Assembly (NCBI GenBank): GCA_016748015.1
Contig: JAAOMT010000263.1
Coordinates: 176,302 to 240,301, forward strand
Length of the DNA stretch: 64,000 bases
Direction: 5' to 3'
Origin: Geosiphon pyriformis uo1
Taxonomy: Eukaryota; Fungi; Glomeromycota
In this document: in pieces, positions 15,807 to 29,000 of the stretch
Position numbering within the stretch: the first letter of the stretch is position 1
Layout of the letters: every line of letters begins with the position of its first letter
The notes under the pieces: generated by a model
Seen by the model: only the letters and a program-made list of their open reading frames with translations
Told to the model about the DNA's origin: nothing
The model's database searches: none
Program-made: the position numbers and the translations under genes

Positions 15807-18789
15807 GGATTAATTAAATTATTAATGATGGATTGATACGTGTGTGTGTATACAATCAAAGAATTCAAGTTCTGGTTAAACAGAAGAAATTCAGTAAGCA
15901 CTTTAATAATTGAAACAGTTATGTTTGAAAATCTAGGTATTAACTATCATATATAGCTTCAATTTTATATCTTTTTAAAAGAAATTTTTGAGTGTGAGAG
16001 TTACTGAGTGTAAAACGTTTCCTTTTCAATTGAAATTTATACATAAATATATATTAAAATGTTATAGAAATTTTTAGTCTTATAAAAAGCGAAGCATTTT
16101 TATTTTTCGACCCATTTTTAACTTATGGCAACTCACAAGGAATAGAAATGAGCACGGAAATATAAGTGAAAAGATAAGTTTTAAGTCTTTAACAGACCAG
16201 GTTTCCAGATTATTAAAAATCCAAATAATATTTTAATTTACGGAGGTTAGCCGTTTTCATTTATAATCATAAGATTAGTGGGGTTTTTGATATGAAAATA
16301 ACCAACTAAATAAATTTGAAATAAGACATAAAATAATGAATCTTTTACTCTGAAATATTGTATATATACAGCTATTTTTCCAATCATAGTACAAAATCCT
16401 AATTTTTGATACACTTTTTGAGCTCGGGCTTTTAGATTAACAAAGTTTCATTTGAAAGATTTGATAGCTTTTTATTTACACTATTTAGGCTGCTATTATT
16501 TGGTTTTTAATAATAATAATAAAAAAATCTTTCCCCGAAAAATTTTTAGTATTTCCCAATTTGACTTTTTTAGCCATAAAGACTTGCATGATTTATTTCA
16601 TTCAAAACAAAAAGTTAAGTCTTTGTATTCAATTGTTTTTCTTATTGTATTAGATTTTATCATTATGTTTAGATTTTCCATTTTTTTTGATTAATGAAAT
16701 CAACTTTTCTCTCATTTTTCATTTTTTATAGGTATGGTGTTAATAATTCTTTAAAATTATTCAAAGTCTAATATTATAACTGATAATTTGCTACATAAAA
16801 AAGGAAGAATAAATATTAAACCAGTATATTAGAGATATAAAAAAAGAAAGTTTTAATTCCAAAAAACATCATTGAATTGATTGGTTTTACATTAGGGTAT
16901 TATTATAATATTAATTATTAGAGCGGTAATATTGAATTGAAAGGGAGAATAAGTATGTTTTTTTTATATTTTCTTGATTTAATTTGAACATATACTGAGT
17001 GTTATATCTCATTTATTGAAACATCTTTCCCTCTTTGTAACAGTCACATTTCACTGAGATTAAAACACTTTTATTAGAAAATTTTGAATTTTGTTATTCA
17101 ACTAAAATCTATAACAATAATTTGTTGACTCTAAGTCTTTTTAATTTGATTTTTGAGTTTGAACATCAAAACCATTAATTATAAGCCTATTAAATTCAAA
17201 AACGGAACAGCAGACTGTTTCAACAAGTGATTTTAGAAATCTCATAAAAATGGCAAATAATCATTATGCAATGATCAAAGTTAATGGTTTATTCCAATTA
17301 GTTTTTACTCATATACCAATTCTTAGATGAGGGCTTAATATTTTAAGTTAAACATGAGTGATAATAATTTAATCTTTAACATTTAATGAATATTAAATTT
17401 CATTATATCACATTTAATAACAGTAATATTAATGCTCTATATTTTATAAGAAAAATGAAAGATATCAAGGTTTTTTATTTTTTGCAATTATATTGTGGCA
17501 ATTATTATTATTATTTTAATGAATCTTATTTATTTAGGGTATATAGTTTTGCAATTCCCAATACTAAGAATGGCATACATTATAATCACAATAATTAACA
17601 TAAATGATTAATATGTTTTGTATTTTCGCTCATATGAAAACCCCACTGCCTTAATTACATTACTTTCTGCTGCTGAAAGTACACCAATTTCAATCTTTTT
17701 AGTGCCTAAATGCCCGATAAAGTTAAGATTTCATCTTCTAGGATAGTATCAATATTTTTATTGAAGATATTTCACAATTCGTAATTTTAAAAATTTTATG
17801 CTCCATCAAATCATCATCATTATTCTCAACTTAGTTATTTTATTATTAAAACGCTCTGGCCGATTTAATTATTTATATAATAATTTTAACAATTAATTTT
17901 ATTGCTCGATTTGTGACATCGTAATTTGGTTCCGTATTCGAAACACTTGGTCATCATTTAACGAATGAATAAGGTCCAACTTTTAGACTAATTATGATAA
18001 ATGAAAATGTATTTTCTTAGTTATCACTTAACTGCATTGACATTTTTATTGGTTTTTTAATTTTGATTAGAAATAGCATGAAGATTCACTCTTATAAAAA
18101 TTTTTATTTGAACATTAAAATTTTAGATTTAGTTAATTTTTATTTTAATATATGTCTATCTTTTATTAAGACTTAGCATTATTATTATTATTTAAATATT
18201 GGAGTTTGAAACTCTTTTTTTACGGTTGAAAATTATTTCTTAACTTTTCTTTTTGATTAACTAACATAGTTTCTATATTATATATATGGTCTTTTTTTAT
18301 TAACAAAATTTTTAGTTTGATTAAAACTAACTCTTATTTTTATTGAAAATTTTGTTTTCTTTGAATTTTGTTTAAAAGAAATATAATAATAGTTTAATTT
18401 AATAAATATATTGATAATGTAATTCAAAAAATATAATAATTTTAATCTGAATATTTTAATATTTTTATTAAAAAAATTATAAAATTTAAATGATAAAAAT
18501 AATTGAAAATAATAATTAATAACAAAACAAACTAAGTTAAAAATAACAAAATTTTATTATAAATTTTAATTAACAATTGATTTATTAACTTATTTTATTT
18601 AACAAATTTAATCATCAATAATCTAAAAACAAAAAAAATTCTTTAAAAAAAAATGAAAAAACATGAAAGCAAAATTTTTTTCTTAAACCTTTGAATTTCT
18701 ATTATCTTATTTATTAATTAAAATATATAATATAAAACATTAAATAAATATTTAAATGATAAAATTGATTAAAATTCAAAATTAATAAT

Positions 18790-19095
18790 AATATTTTTTT
18801 AAAATTATATTTAACATTTATTGACCATCGATTGTTATATATTTTGGTCACCATATTTTTAAAATTATTATTTACTTAATTATTGACCCTAATCATTAAT
18901 TTGGTTATTAAATTAATTATTGATTCAATCATTTTAAAAGATATATAAATGACCTCTTTAAAAGTGTAAAAAGTATTTAACAAACAAAGATTATTTAATA
19001 TATGTGACTCAATACTAATTTTCTTACTTGATTATCCTTATACAATAATTGTTTTCTTTGCTATTTGTTAATATATTATTCTAATCTATAAAAAT
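18790..19095 (+). mobile_element. Internally deleted LTR relic, family B
   Basis: Shares the 12-bp taattattgac(c/t) subrepeats and the 3' segment tacaataattgttttctttgctatttgtt with the LTR-B copies at 40184-40794 and 55687-56338. Ends are approximate. Confidence 0.55.
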
Positions 19096-20422
19096 ATATC
19101 CAAGAAAAAATAATTTTATTTGGCCAAAAACTTTTTTAATAAATATTTTCGATTTGAATTTAAAAAGAAAGAATAATTTTAGTTAACAAAAGTAATTTTA
19201 TTTAATATAAAGAGAATTTAATAATTTTAAATGGTTTTAAACAAAAACACTTTTTATATATTCAATAATATTTAACGAATATGATATATAAAAACTTTAT
19301 TTAGATGTTTAAAGTACATTTTGAAAAAAACCAATATTTGAATTAAAAACAAAAAATGTTTTATTTAAGTAAATTTTAGACCATAATTGAATCATTTTTT
19401 AAATTTTTTTAATTTAATGAATAATATATTGTAACATTTTAATTAAATGATGAAGAAAAAAATTTCAAATTAATTACAAAATTTATTTTATGTATTTTTT
19501 ATCTTTTTAGCTAAATATAATAAATTCATAAATTTTTATATGTTAAAATCAAATGTCTTATATTTATTAAAAGTTTTAATTTATAAGCAAATTATAAGAA
19601 TTATAATTTAATATAATTTGATTATTAATTTTTTATGGTTGTGATTTTTTTTAATGCTATTAAAATGTTTTTTTATTTCATTATTTTGTTTAAATAATTT
19701 TTGTATTGTTTATTTATATTATTGTGTTTTTTTATAAAACATTATTTTACTTAAAATAATATTTTAATTTATTTGAATTTATGTATAACTTGTAATGCTT
19801 TTCATATAAGAATATCGAAGTTTATGGCTTTAATCATAGATATTATATTTATTGATTAGATTTATTATTAAAATTTCAAGAATTTCTCTATTTTTACATT
19901 AAATATCAAATGTTGACACTACCAATAAATAAGTAGATTAATTAGAATTAGAAAATTATTATTAAAAAATTTGATACTCTTAAAATTTTAAATCAAGATT
20001 TATAACTACTTAAATTGAATACAAAAGTGAAAGTTGATTTTATAAGGTATATATTATATTATAATTTAACATATATAACTCAATAAAAACTGTGGTAGAA
20101 ACAATTTTTTATATAGATAACTGTAATTTTTTTTTAAAAAGTACTAAAATAAAATTATTAGCATATTTTTCAATTTAATTAAATGTGGCCTTTAATCAAA
20201 ATTTGATCCAATTCATACTTTAAATATTTTAAAATCATTTTTATTCTAACTAGAAAATATTCATGTGAATTTAGCAAGATATACATGTAATTGATGTTTT
20301 GAAATTTTTAAAGAAAAATTTTGTCCATTACTTTCTCTTTTTACAGACTTACAAGTCTGAATACTGGGTGCAAAAAATTTTAAATTCTGAACTAAAAACA
20401 ATTATATAGAAACTCCTATATG

Positions 20423-21427
20423 TTAAACATTACTATGGACACTTTCTTCATCATCAACAGAATTATTGCTGAGCCTTTCATATTCAGGGTCATTAGTGGT
20501 CATCAGTTTCTGGTTTATTTTGTAACGTCTGAAAGCAACAATCCCAAAGATGGCAAATAATAATACAGATCCTAGCATTATTGGATGAATCATGGCATTC
20601 CAGACGTTATTTGATTGATAAGTTTTAGTTTCTGATTCGTTTGATAAAATGATTGTGGAGGGAGAAACTTCAGGAAGCTCGTTGGTGTTAGTCTCATTCG
20701 ACGATTTTTCATTTGTTAATTCCTTGATGCCGTTTGTGGATGATTCACTCGTCGGGATTATCAATTGGGTTTCATTTGTTTGACTGTTCTTATCTTCTTT
20801 TTCAACCCTATTGTCATTTTCGTCATTTTCATTCTTATCGAAAGATAACGTATCACTCAAATCGTCAATTAAGTCAAGTAACATTGATTCAGCAGCAATA
20901 GTTTCAAGATCATCAAGCAAACTTTGTTGCGGCTTTGGATGATGTGCAGTAGTTTTGAAATTTGGATTCATAAAAGGGGCATTATTTCCAAATGGTGAAG
21001 AAAGAAAATTGTGTGATGCAGTCCAAGGTGGAACAGGGAATGCAGATGGTGGTGTAGAATGAGAGAAAGGGAGCGGACCAAGAAATGGTGCGGGCATTAT
21101 GCTAAAAATATCTTCCATTTGATCAAGAATTGAAGGTTGGTGCTGCTTGTAATTATTAGTAAATGGAAATTCTGGTTTAGTATCTTGCTGATCATCAAAC
21201 GAAGGCTCGTAATTTTGTTCCCCGTGACCGATAATCGTTAACGTAATCTCAGTTGTGCTATCATCATCTTCATTATTATCAATATTGGAATCTGAGGCCG
21301 GGATGGTTGTTTCGATTTCGATTATTTCTTCGTAGACTTGGTTTGGATCAGAAATAGCGGAGGAAATCACAAAGTGTGATGAAATGATTATTAGAAGGAA
21401 AACGAAAAAAGAATGAAGAAATAACAT
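20423..21427 (-). CDS. Predicted type-I single-pass membrane glycoprotein (signal peptide, disordered acidic/Pro/Ser-Thr ectodomain, C-terminal TM, short tail), 334 aa
   Basis: Intact ORF with gene-like composition. Hydrophobic N-terminus MLFLHSFFVFLLIIISSHFVISSA; NxS/T sequons (NET, NES); TM IMLGSVLLFAIFGIVAF followed by RRYK; tail with YERL and DDEES. Confidence 0.8.
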   Translation of the reverse strand: MLFLHSFFVFLLIIISSHFVISSAISDPNQVYEEIIEIETTIPASDSNIDNNEDDDSTTEITLTIIGHGEQNYEPSFDDQQDTKPEFPFTNNYKQHQPSILDQMEDIFSIMPAPFLGPLPFSHSTPPSAFPVPPWTASHNFLSSPFGNNAPFMNPNFKTTAHHPKPQQSLLDDLETIAAESMLLDLIDDLSDTLSFDKNENDENDNRVEKEDKNSQTNETQLIIPTSESSTNGIKELTNEKSSNETNTNELPEVSPSTIILSNESETKTYQSNNVWNAMIHPIMLGSVLLFAIFGIVAFRRYKINQKLMTTNDPEYERLSNNSVDDEESVHSNV

Positions 21428-22551
21428 TTTCCACTAGTATTCTTTATATATAAACAAAAAATTTTGAGTCAAATTATACACAATTTTAATAAATGGTTTA
21501 TTAAAAGAAAGCAATTCTTTTATAAGGCCTCAATTTTCTGCATCAGTATAAACCTTACCTCTATAGCATTATAATCATAATCATCATCGAATTGAAACAA
21601 TGATTTGGATAGATTCCTGCCATTAATTTTTTAACCACAAGTATTTGTAATAACTGGGTTAATGTTTTATTGTGCGAATTTTTTTATCGGTCCATAAAAG
21701 TTTTGAGATATCAGAACCCAAAATAATTTATTTGTCTGAATAATTTAATAAATATTGAAACTTTGAAAAATAATAATAATTAAATACAGGCTCAAATTCT
21801 TATGATATTTACAATTCAGAAGATTTAAATCTCAAGATTTTGTCAAAAGCAGTAGAATAGATAAATTTCTTAATTATTAAATTTGTGATTAATTCCTAAA
21901 TTGCCAAAATCATCTTGATATCTTTATAAATATAAATAATCTAATCATATTTATTATGCAATCCTTTGAAGATAAAAAACATGAATTACTAATATATGAA
22001 ACTTCAAAGAAATTTAAACACAACCTAAAACTTTTATTTTGAAAATAAGAACAGAATTTTTATTTGAATGAATTATCTTAAATTATTCTTTTTTAGAATT
22101 TTTAAATGCAGTGTAACACTTTGAACAGCTTTTATTATAATCTTTAAATAAATTGATCACACTAAAAAGGAAATAATAATTAGGATTTTCAAGTGCTTTA
22201 TTCATGTTAACACTCAAAAGCTAACAGGTTTATTAGAATCTATTTTTAATATTTTTCATTTTTGAGGATTTTGAATTCTAATGAATATGCTAACTTAACT
22301 ACTTTGTAATTTTGGTTTCCATATTATAACTTTTTGAAATTTTTACTTTTTTTTAAAAAATTGCCGTCCAGCAGCATCTCAATTGCCCCTAGACCTTGAA
22401 GGCCCTGATTTTGAGAAGCAATTGGCGAAAGCCTATATACACTTGAATATGAGATTTATAATACATTCCTATCTAAAAGCTAAAATTATTAATTAAAGTA
22501 GAAAAATTAAATTTTAAGAAAAGTTCTAGCCCATTTTTCACTCGTTTCAAT

Positions 22552-23803
22552 TCATTCCTCATGTGAGATATTTCGTTGTTCTATCAATCGTACTAGTCCA
22601 AACGCAGCTCCAGCAGCTAATATTCCAACCATCGCAGTTTGAAGTGCACCCATCAATGCTCTTCGTTTTGAAACAAAGTAAGACTTTGCGTAGCCGAACG
22701 CCGCCAGACAACAAACTGTAACAATAATACTCATCCATAATCCTGTTCCGGAATCGGAGACGAAAAAGTAAGGGAGTAATGGTATGAGCCCACCGATAAA
22801 ATATGACGTTCCTATTGTTATTGCACTTATCTTATGATATCAATTAGAATTAGAAAATTGATTAATTGAAGTATGGGATTTGATTAATCTCACGATTTGA
22901 TTTGATTTGATTTGATTTGATTTGATTTTATGATGATATAAACATTTACCCAAATTCTTCTAGGATCGGGTTTTTCCAAGTTTAATTCAAATTTCATCAT
23001 AAAATCAACAAACTTTTCCGGATTTGATACCATTTTATTAATCAGCGGCTGTAGGGTACATCTATCAATCCCATATGGTACGAGAATATCTGAAATCAAT
23101 CAATAACTTAGATATATGAAAACCTAAAAGAAAAATGTTAAGATGAATATTGAATAGCGTCTCCATTTACCAATCACTTCTTGAATTTCTTCGTCCAGAC
23201 ACTCTTCAACTTCTTTTTCCTCACGTTTCCTTTCACTGTCATAATGATCAGCCTCTGATTTTGCACCAAGATACCCACCAAGACCCATTGAAATTGCCCC
23301 TGATACTAACTCTGAAAACCATTTAAAAGGGTTAAAACTATTGAATTCCCAAAAAATTTTTCCCTAGTAATTCTCTCAAAATTCTCTCACTCAATCTTTT
23401 TGATAAAATCTGGTTTTATCTTGTTTACCTGCTAAACCAGCTGTGACAACCAGTGTTGGATCCCCAAAATTCGCAAGTCCTGCAGCTAAGGCGAATGGAA
23501 CCTAGATATCATCCACACATTGAAGAACAGTTCAAATTCATATTAAAAAACCCTCCCCCCCCCCCATATATAATTATCACTAGTAATTTTTTCAATTTCT
23601 TGTACTCAACACACCGTTAAACCATCACTTAATCCAATCACAATATCACGAACAACTTCAGGGGATTTAAAATGTTTTTCATGGTGTTTAATTGGTAATG
23701 CTGGATATACATAACTATATTCATCTTTTTCATTTGGTGTTGATTCTGGTCGACGATTCGGAGGAAAATATGCGGACTCTGGTCGAACATTTATTAGTGA
23801 CAT
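22552..23803 (-). CDS. CCC1: Vacuolar iron/manganese transporter Ccc1/VIT1, 5 exons, 273 aa
   Basis: Exons 23803-23615, 23501-23429, 23311-23171, 23089-22950, 22830-22552 total 822 nt. Motifs HHEKHF..VRDIVIGLSDGLTVPFALAAGL, AGLAELVSGAISMGLGGYLGAKSEADHY, FVDFMMKFELNLEKPD, SYFIGGLIPLLPYFF. Confidence 0.95.
22894..22928 (+). repeat. (GATTT)7 microsatellite in CCC1 intron 4
   Basis: Seven direct gattt units. Confidence 0.95.
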
Positions 23804-25189
23804 CTTTTCTTTAGAATTTTAATTTTTTGATATTTCTCTTTGATGTTTCGCTAAATATATCAAAACTTTTTTATTAATTTTAAATAGCAACGGTACAAGA
23901 GACAGCAGATAGACGGTCTTTTTAATTTATTATTCCAACAGCTTTTTTCATTATCCACTAATTTTCGACGCGAAAAAATCTATCTACCAATATAAACAGA
24001 AGACGGATCACAGCTAAGATCTAACAAAGAATAAAAAATTTACCCCGACGATTTACGACGGATACTTGACAACAATATAAATGCCATGGCTTTTTCTTCT
24101 ATCTTCCGTCAGGTTCATAAAAAAATATCAAACAAGGTGAATATTTGGAAAACCCACATGGTACATTAAACGGGATATTCTGTTCCAAATATTGAAATTC
24201 ACCGGTGAATGAATCGAATTACAAAACTATGTTCTGGGAAATAGATTTTGCAAGTTTTGCTTTAATTTGTTTGAATTTACCTGTTTCACCTGATAATGAA
24301 CACTTACTATTTGTATTGCATTTCTATTTGATCAGCTAAACACACGAATAAGCAAACAAATAAAATGATCGAATCTGTTCGGATTCTGGTGTGCCGATGT
24401 TTGGTCAACATTAAACTTTTCTGGACAGATTCAATTGGTGAGGAATTGGAAAAATGATGTTTGAAACGACGCTTCATTATCATCAAAATATGATCAAGAT
24501 TGCCATATGCAAGCTGTTAGGTCACAAACGTGACGTTTAATAGTGAACTAAACCGTTTCAACTTCAGAAATTTTTGCCCCAATGGTTTTTATATTTATTT
24601 CCAAAGTTTGATTTTCATACTGGCCATAAAAGGGATCAGTGGTTGAGTTTGGGTTTCAAGATTTCAAAGGCTCTGATCCATTCCAAAATGACCATTGTTT
24701 TAATTTCTTAGGGATTCTCCAGCTTTTCAAAACTGTGTGAACATTTAAATATGATTTTACAAACACTTGATCATTATTTGGTATATTGTAACATGCATGA
24801 AAATTTCATTGACCAAGACTTGGAAACTAGGAAAATGATCAAATTAACCATTAAAAGGATATGTCAAATTAAATTTTGATATATAAAATTTACAAAAGTA
24901 TCATATAAAACACATTTAATTCAGTCTTATCAAGAATGAAGTTCAATTTATGCAAACTCAAATCATGTTGTAAAGTAAAATTATTTACGAATATTTAAGC
25001 TGTTTTTTACTTTTTTCAATTTAATTATTATAAATTAAAGAAAATACATGATAATATTTTTTATAAAAAATTATAATTTTAATATAATTTTATACTTTAA
25101 TCAATATTCTTAAAATTCAATAACGAGTAATACTCATTAAGTTGTTTTTACAAAACTAACTATTTTATTTTTAATCTGATTTTAATTGA

Positions 25190-25935
25190 AAACAAAAAAA
25201 AACTCTTTTCTTTTGCATTTTTATGACTACAACCAGAATAAAAAGTAAAAAAAAGAAGCTCACCTATTTTTTCTGTTGTTTTAATAGTTTTAATACTTAA
25301 AAAGCCCTCTCAAAAATAGAGACAGATAGATATTATTTTTTTAAAATGGTTTTTTTAAATATTGAAAATACAAAACAGCTTTCAATTACAGTTATAAAGT
25401 TTTTTAAAATACTAAAAAAAAGTTTTTTTTTGATGTTTTTTAAAATAGCACTTTAATTTTGAAGTTTGCTTCTTTTTTTATAAAAAATTAAGCATTGGCT
25501 TTATCTATTTTTGATATTTATACTAATTCTATAATATTTGCATTATTTATGATATTTAATCTGAATTTAATTGTAAAAAATGGCTTCTTTTTCTATTCAG
25601 ATAATAAAAATAGCAATATATTTGCCAAAATTGGTTCTAATTAAAATATAATTAAATTGTTTAATATATTAAATTTTGATTAATTATTACCAGTTTTGAA
25701 AACAAAACAAGCTATATTCTTATACATATTTTTAAAAATTAAGCTAATTATATTAAAACTAAAACATTTTTCCTTTTTTGTTTTTTAGTAATATTGTTTT
25801 TAATAGTATTTAAAAAACTATAAAAAATTATCAAAAATTTTTAAGTTAAGTTTTTTAAAGTTATTAAAGCTGTTTTTGCTTGCTAATTAATTCTGATAAT
25901 AGAAAATAATATTGAAATTTTTTTTGTCAATTAAA
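25190..25935 (+). mobile_element. Old, decayed 5' fragment of the ORF1-only (HAL1-like) retroposon family
   Basis: The 5' end aaactctttt..ttttatgactacaaccaga (MTTTRIKSKKK) matches aaactctttg..ttttatgaccatgaccaga (MTMTRAKNKK) of the 48485-50779 element. PVLKTKQ at ~25690 matches PVLKAKQ. Confidence 0.65.
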
Positions 25936-26039
25936 AAAAAATATTTATTTTTAAGTTTAAAAAAACTTTTAATAAAACTGTTTTTATTGTTTTTTTTAAA
26001 CAAATTTTTATTTATTTATATATTTATTAATAATTGCAA

Positions 26040-29000
26040 TTTAATTAATATTTATTACAATATAATTACTTAAAATAAACATGATTTATGCTTTTTTTAT
26101 ACATAACTAAACTGGTCAAGACAATACTAAAAATTTATATTATAAATAATATAAATATTATTATAAAACTTAAAAGATCAAAATTAACTAAAATATTATA
26201 ACTAAAGTCTAAATACATAAATATTAATATCTAAATTACAAAAAAACAAAACTTTTAACATTAAACAAAACCAATTTATTAACAATTAACAATTTATAAG
26301 TTTTATAAAATATTTTTAGTTTAATATTTAAAAGTTAAATATTCGATTTGTGATAAGTTGTTACTTTATTTGCAAATTAAATGATTTTTGTAACAGTTTT
26401 TAAATTATCAATAAACATATTAAAAGTCTCTAAAAACCAATTTTTTAAGACAAAATATTTTATAATAATTATATAAAACAGCTATTAGTTTTTATATTAT
26501 GTAACAATTAAATTATTAAAAAATTTATAATTAATTAATTAATTAAACTTTTTATTTTATTATAGTATTAATAATAATACTTTTTTTAGCAATAAAATAA
26601 AAATTATACAAAAAAATATAATCAGAATTTTTTAATATATAATTATATAAACAATAGTATTTAGATATAATAAATTATATAGCTTTTTTTAAAGTAATTA
26701 ATAATTTTTATATAAAACTTTTATAAAATAAAAATAAAGAACAGCAAAAACCAAATCAGTTAAATATATTTATTTAAATATTATATTATTATAATATATG
26801 CTAAATTAAAATCACAAACTAGAGATTTATTTATATATTTTTTAGTATATCTAAATTTTCAATTAATAAAACTAATAGAATTAAACAAACTTTTCATAAA
26901 ATAACAAGCATTTTTAAAAACAAATTAATTTTTGACAATTAAATACTAATTATAAATATTAAACTACTAAATATAATATAAATTTATAAAATATATTTGT
27001 ATAATTATTGTTAAAAATACTAACATAGTCATTAATTTTATTTAATAAATTAATAAATATTTATTTATAATAATATTATTAATATAATAAAACTTAATTT
27101 AATATTTATCTTAAAAAATTAGGATTAACAACAATATTAATTAAATCACATATTTTCAAAAAAATCTGATTATTTAAGATATTTAAAACTGTATTTTTTA
27201 TTAAGATACAGTCTAAAATTAAAATTATTATTTTTAATTCAGTTAATATTAATAAAAAAACTCATAAATATTCAAATTTATATTAATAAAAAAATAAAAA
27301 CATTAATAATATTATTATAAAATCTTAAACTTTTAATTAAACAAAAACTAGATTTTTAAGATTTAATTTCTTTAATAATAAAAGTTTTTCTAAGTAAAAC
27401 ACAATTTATAGCAGTTTAAAAACTGGTTAATAAAAACAATTTTAAATTTTTTTAAAATCTGATTATATTAAAGTAATTTAAATAACTCAATATATTTGAA
27501 ATTAAAATTTTATTTTTTAAATAAAAAATTTAAAGTAATTATTTGCCAAAAATAAATTATACTTTAAAAAAATACTAGTTATATTAATCAAAAAATTATT
27601 TTTAAGATTATAAACAATTTAACAAAAAACTATAACAGATACTATAATATTCAATTTATAATTTACAAATCTATTATTTTATAATTAAAAAGTTTTTTAA
27701 AAATAATAAATTTTTTTATTAGAATATTTTTTAAATAAATTGGCTTTAAATTTTAACTTACTTTTTATGATTAAATCTTATTTATATAAATATTTTTAAG
27801 CATAAAACTAAATTTGAATTTTAAATCTTAATAATTAGTTATAAAATTATTAAAACTAAATACAAAAACTGTTTATTTAAATTAGTTGTTTTTAAATTAT
27901 ACTCATAAAAACTTGATATTCAAATAAGCTTTTTTTAAAGTAAGTTTTAATATATTATTAGTTATTAAAAAAATCTTAGATATTTATATGTTTTTTTTTA
28001 GTAATAAAAATAGATATTTTATTAATGTTTAAGACAAATTTTTTCATTTAATAGTTATAGTTACTGTTTTTTATTATTTATTAAAATATTATTAATTTAA
28101 AAAATTATTAGCAATATTTAAAATATATTATAAAACAATTTGAAAATATTAATCTAAATTATATTATTAATAAAAAATTTTAATAACCAAAAAAAATTAG
28201 GCCAGTTTTAAATTTAAATTTTTTAGTTTTTATAATAAATTTCAAATTAACTCTATAATTACACAAATGCTTTTGTCTTTTAATTTTACATAAAAAAATC
28301 ATAAAAAATTCTTAAACAAAAAAAAAATTTTTTTAATTAAAATTATTATAAATTTTATACTTATTTAATAAATTAAAGTTTGTTATAACTTTATAATAAA
28401 AACTTTGTTTTAGTTTATTTGAATGATATAATTGTGTATTTAAAAATCTAGAATAAATATTTTAAATATTTGCAAAAGATTTTTAATTTTTTAAAAATTG
28501 TTGACCTAAAAATCAATTTAATTAAATCTTTTTTTGAACATTAATTTACTTAATTTTTTGGTTATTTTATTACAAAAAATAGAATCTTTTCTAATTTTGT
28601 TAAGATAAAAAAAGTCTAAAATCTTAAACAATTAATAAATATTTTTAAATTGTATTTTTTCTTTGGTTTGACCTTTTATTATAAAAAATTTGTCAAGTTT
28701 TTTTCCAAAATTACTTTTTTTTTAAATTAAGTATTTAAGAAAAATATCAATTACTATTAAAATATATATTAACAAAAAGTCTTTGAAACTTTAAAAAAAA
28801 ACTTACTATTAAATTTATTTTTAAATAATCTAATTTGAATTGATTTTTTATTTTTTATATTAATATATTTGGCTTTAAACTTAGTATTGTCTTCTTCCAA
28901 AAAAATAAAAATAACAAAAAATATATTATAATTTATATTAACAAAATATTTACTTTAACATAACAAAACTATTTAATTATTAAAAAAAATGTTTAATAGT

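Larger units (their letters stand above)
13251..15817 (+). pseudogene. SEL1-repeat + Cys-rich linker + tyrosine-kinase-like protein kinase pseudogene
   Basis: About 6 SEL1 repeats ([33 protein letters not shown]) at 13550-14270 with frameshifts. CxxC pairs at 14455-14620 (KCLKC, CSFC, CPEC, WCKNC). Kinase subdomains: RGFSVV, FALK, ILECYGMTK, MVLPFAEHGNLR, MVHGDLHP (frameshift right after), ISDLGL, YGVLEYLAPE, SDTYSF. Multiple in-frame stops. Introns ~13331-13404 and ~14929-15007. Start position uncertain. Confidence 0.85.

Noticed and set aside
22400-22433. Hammerhead-ribozyme-like words (CTGA..GA..CGAAA) on the plus strand
   Set aside because: Core reads CUGAUUUUGA rather than CUGANGA, and stems I-III with a cleavage triplet cannot be built.
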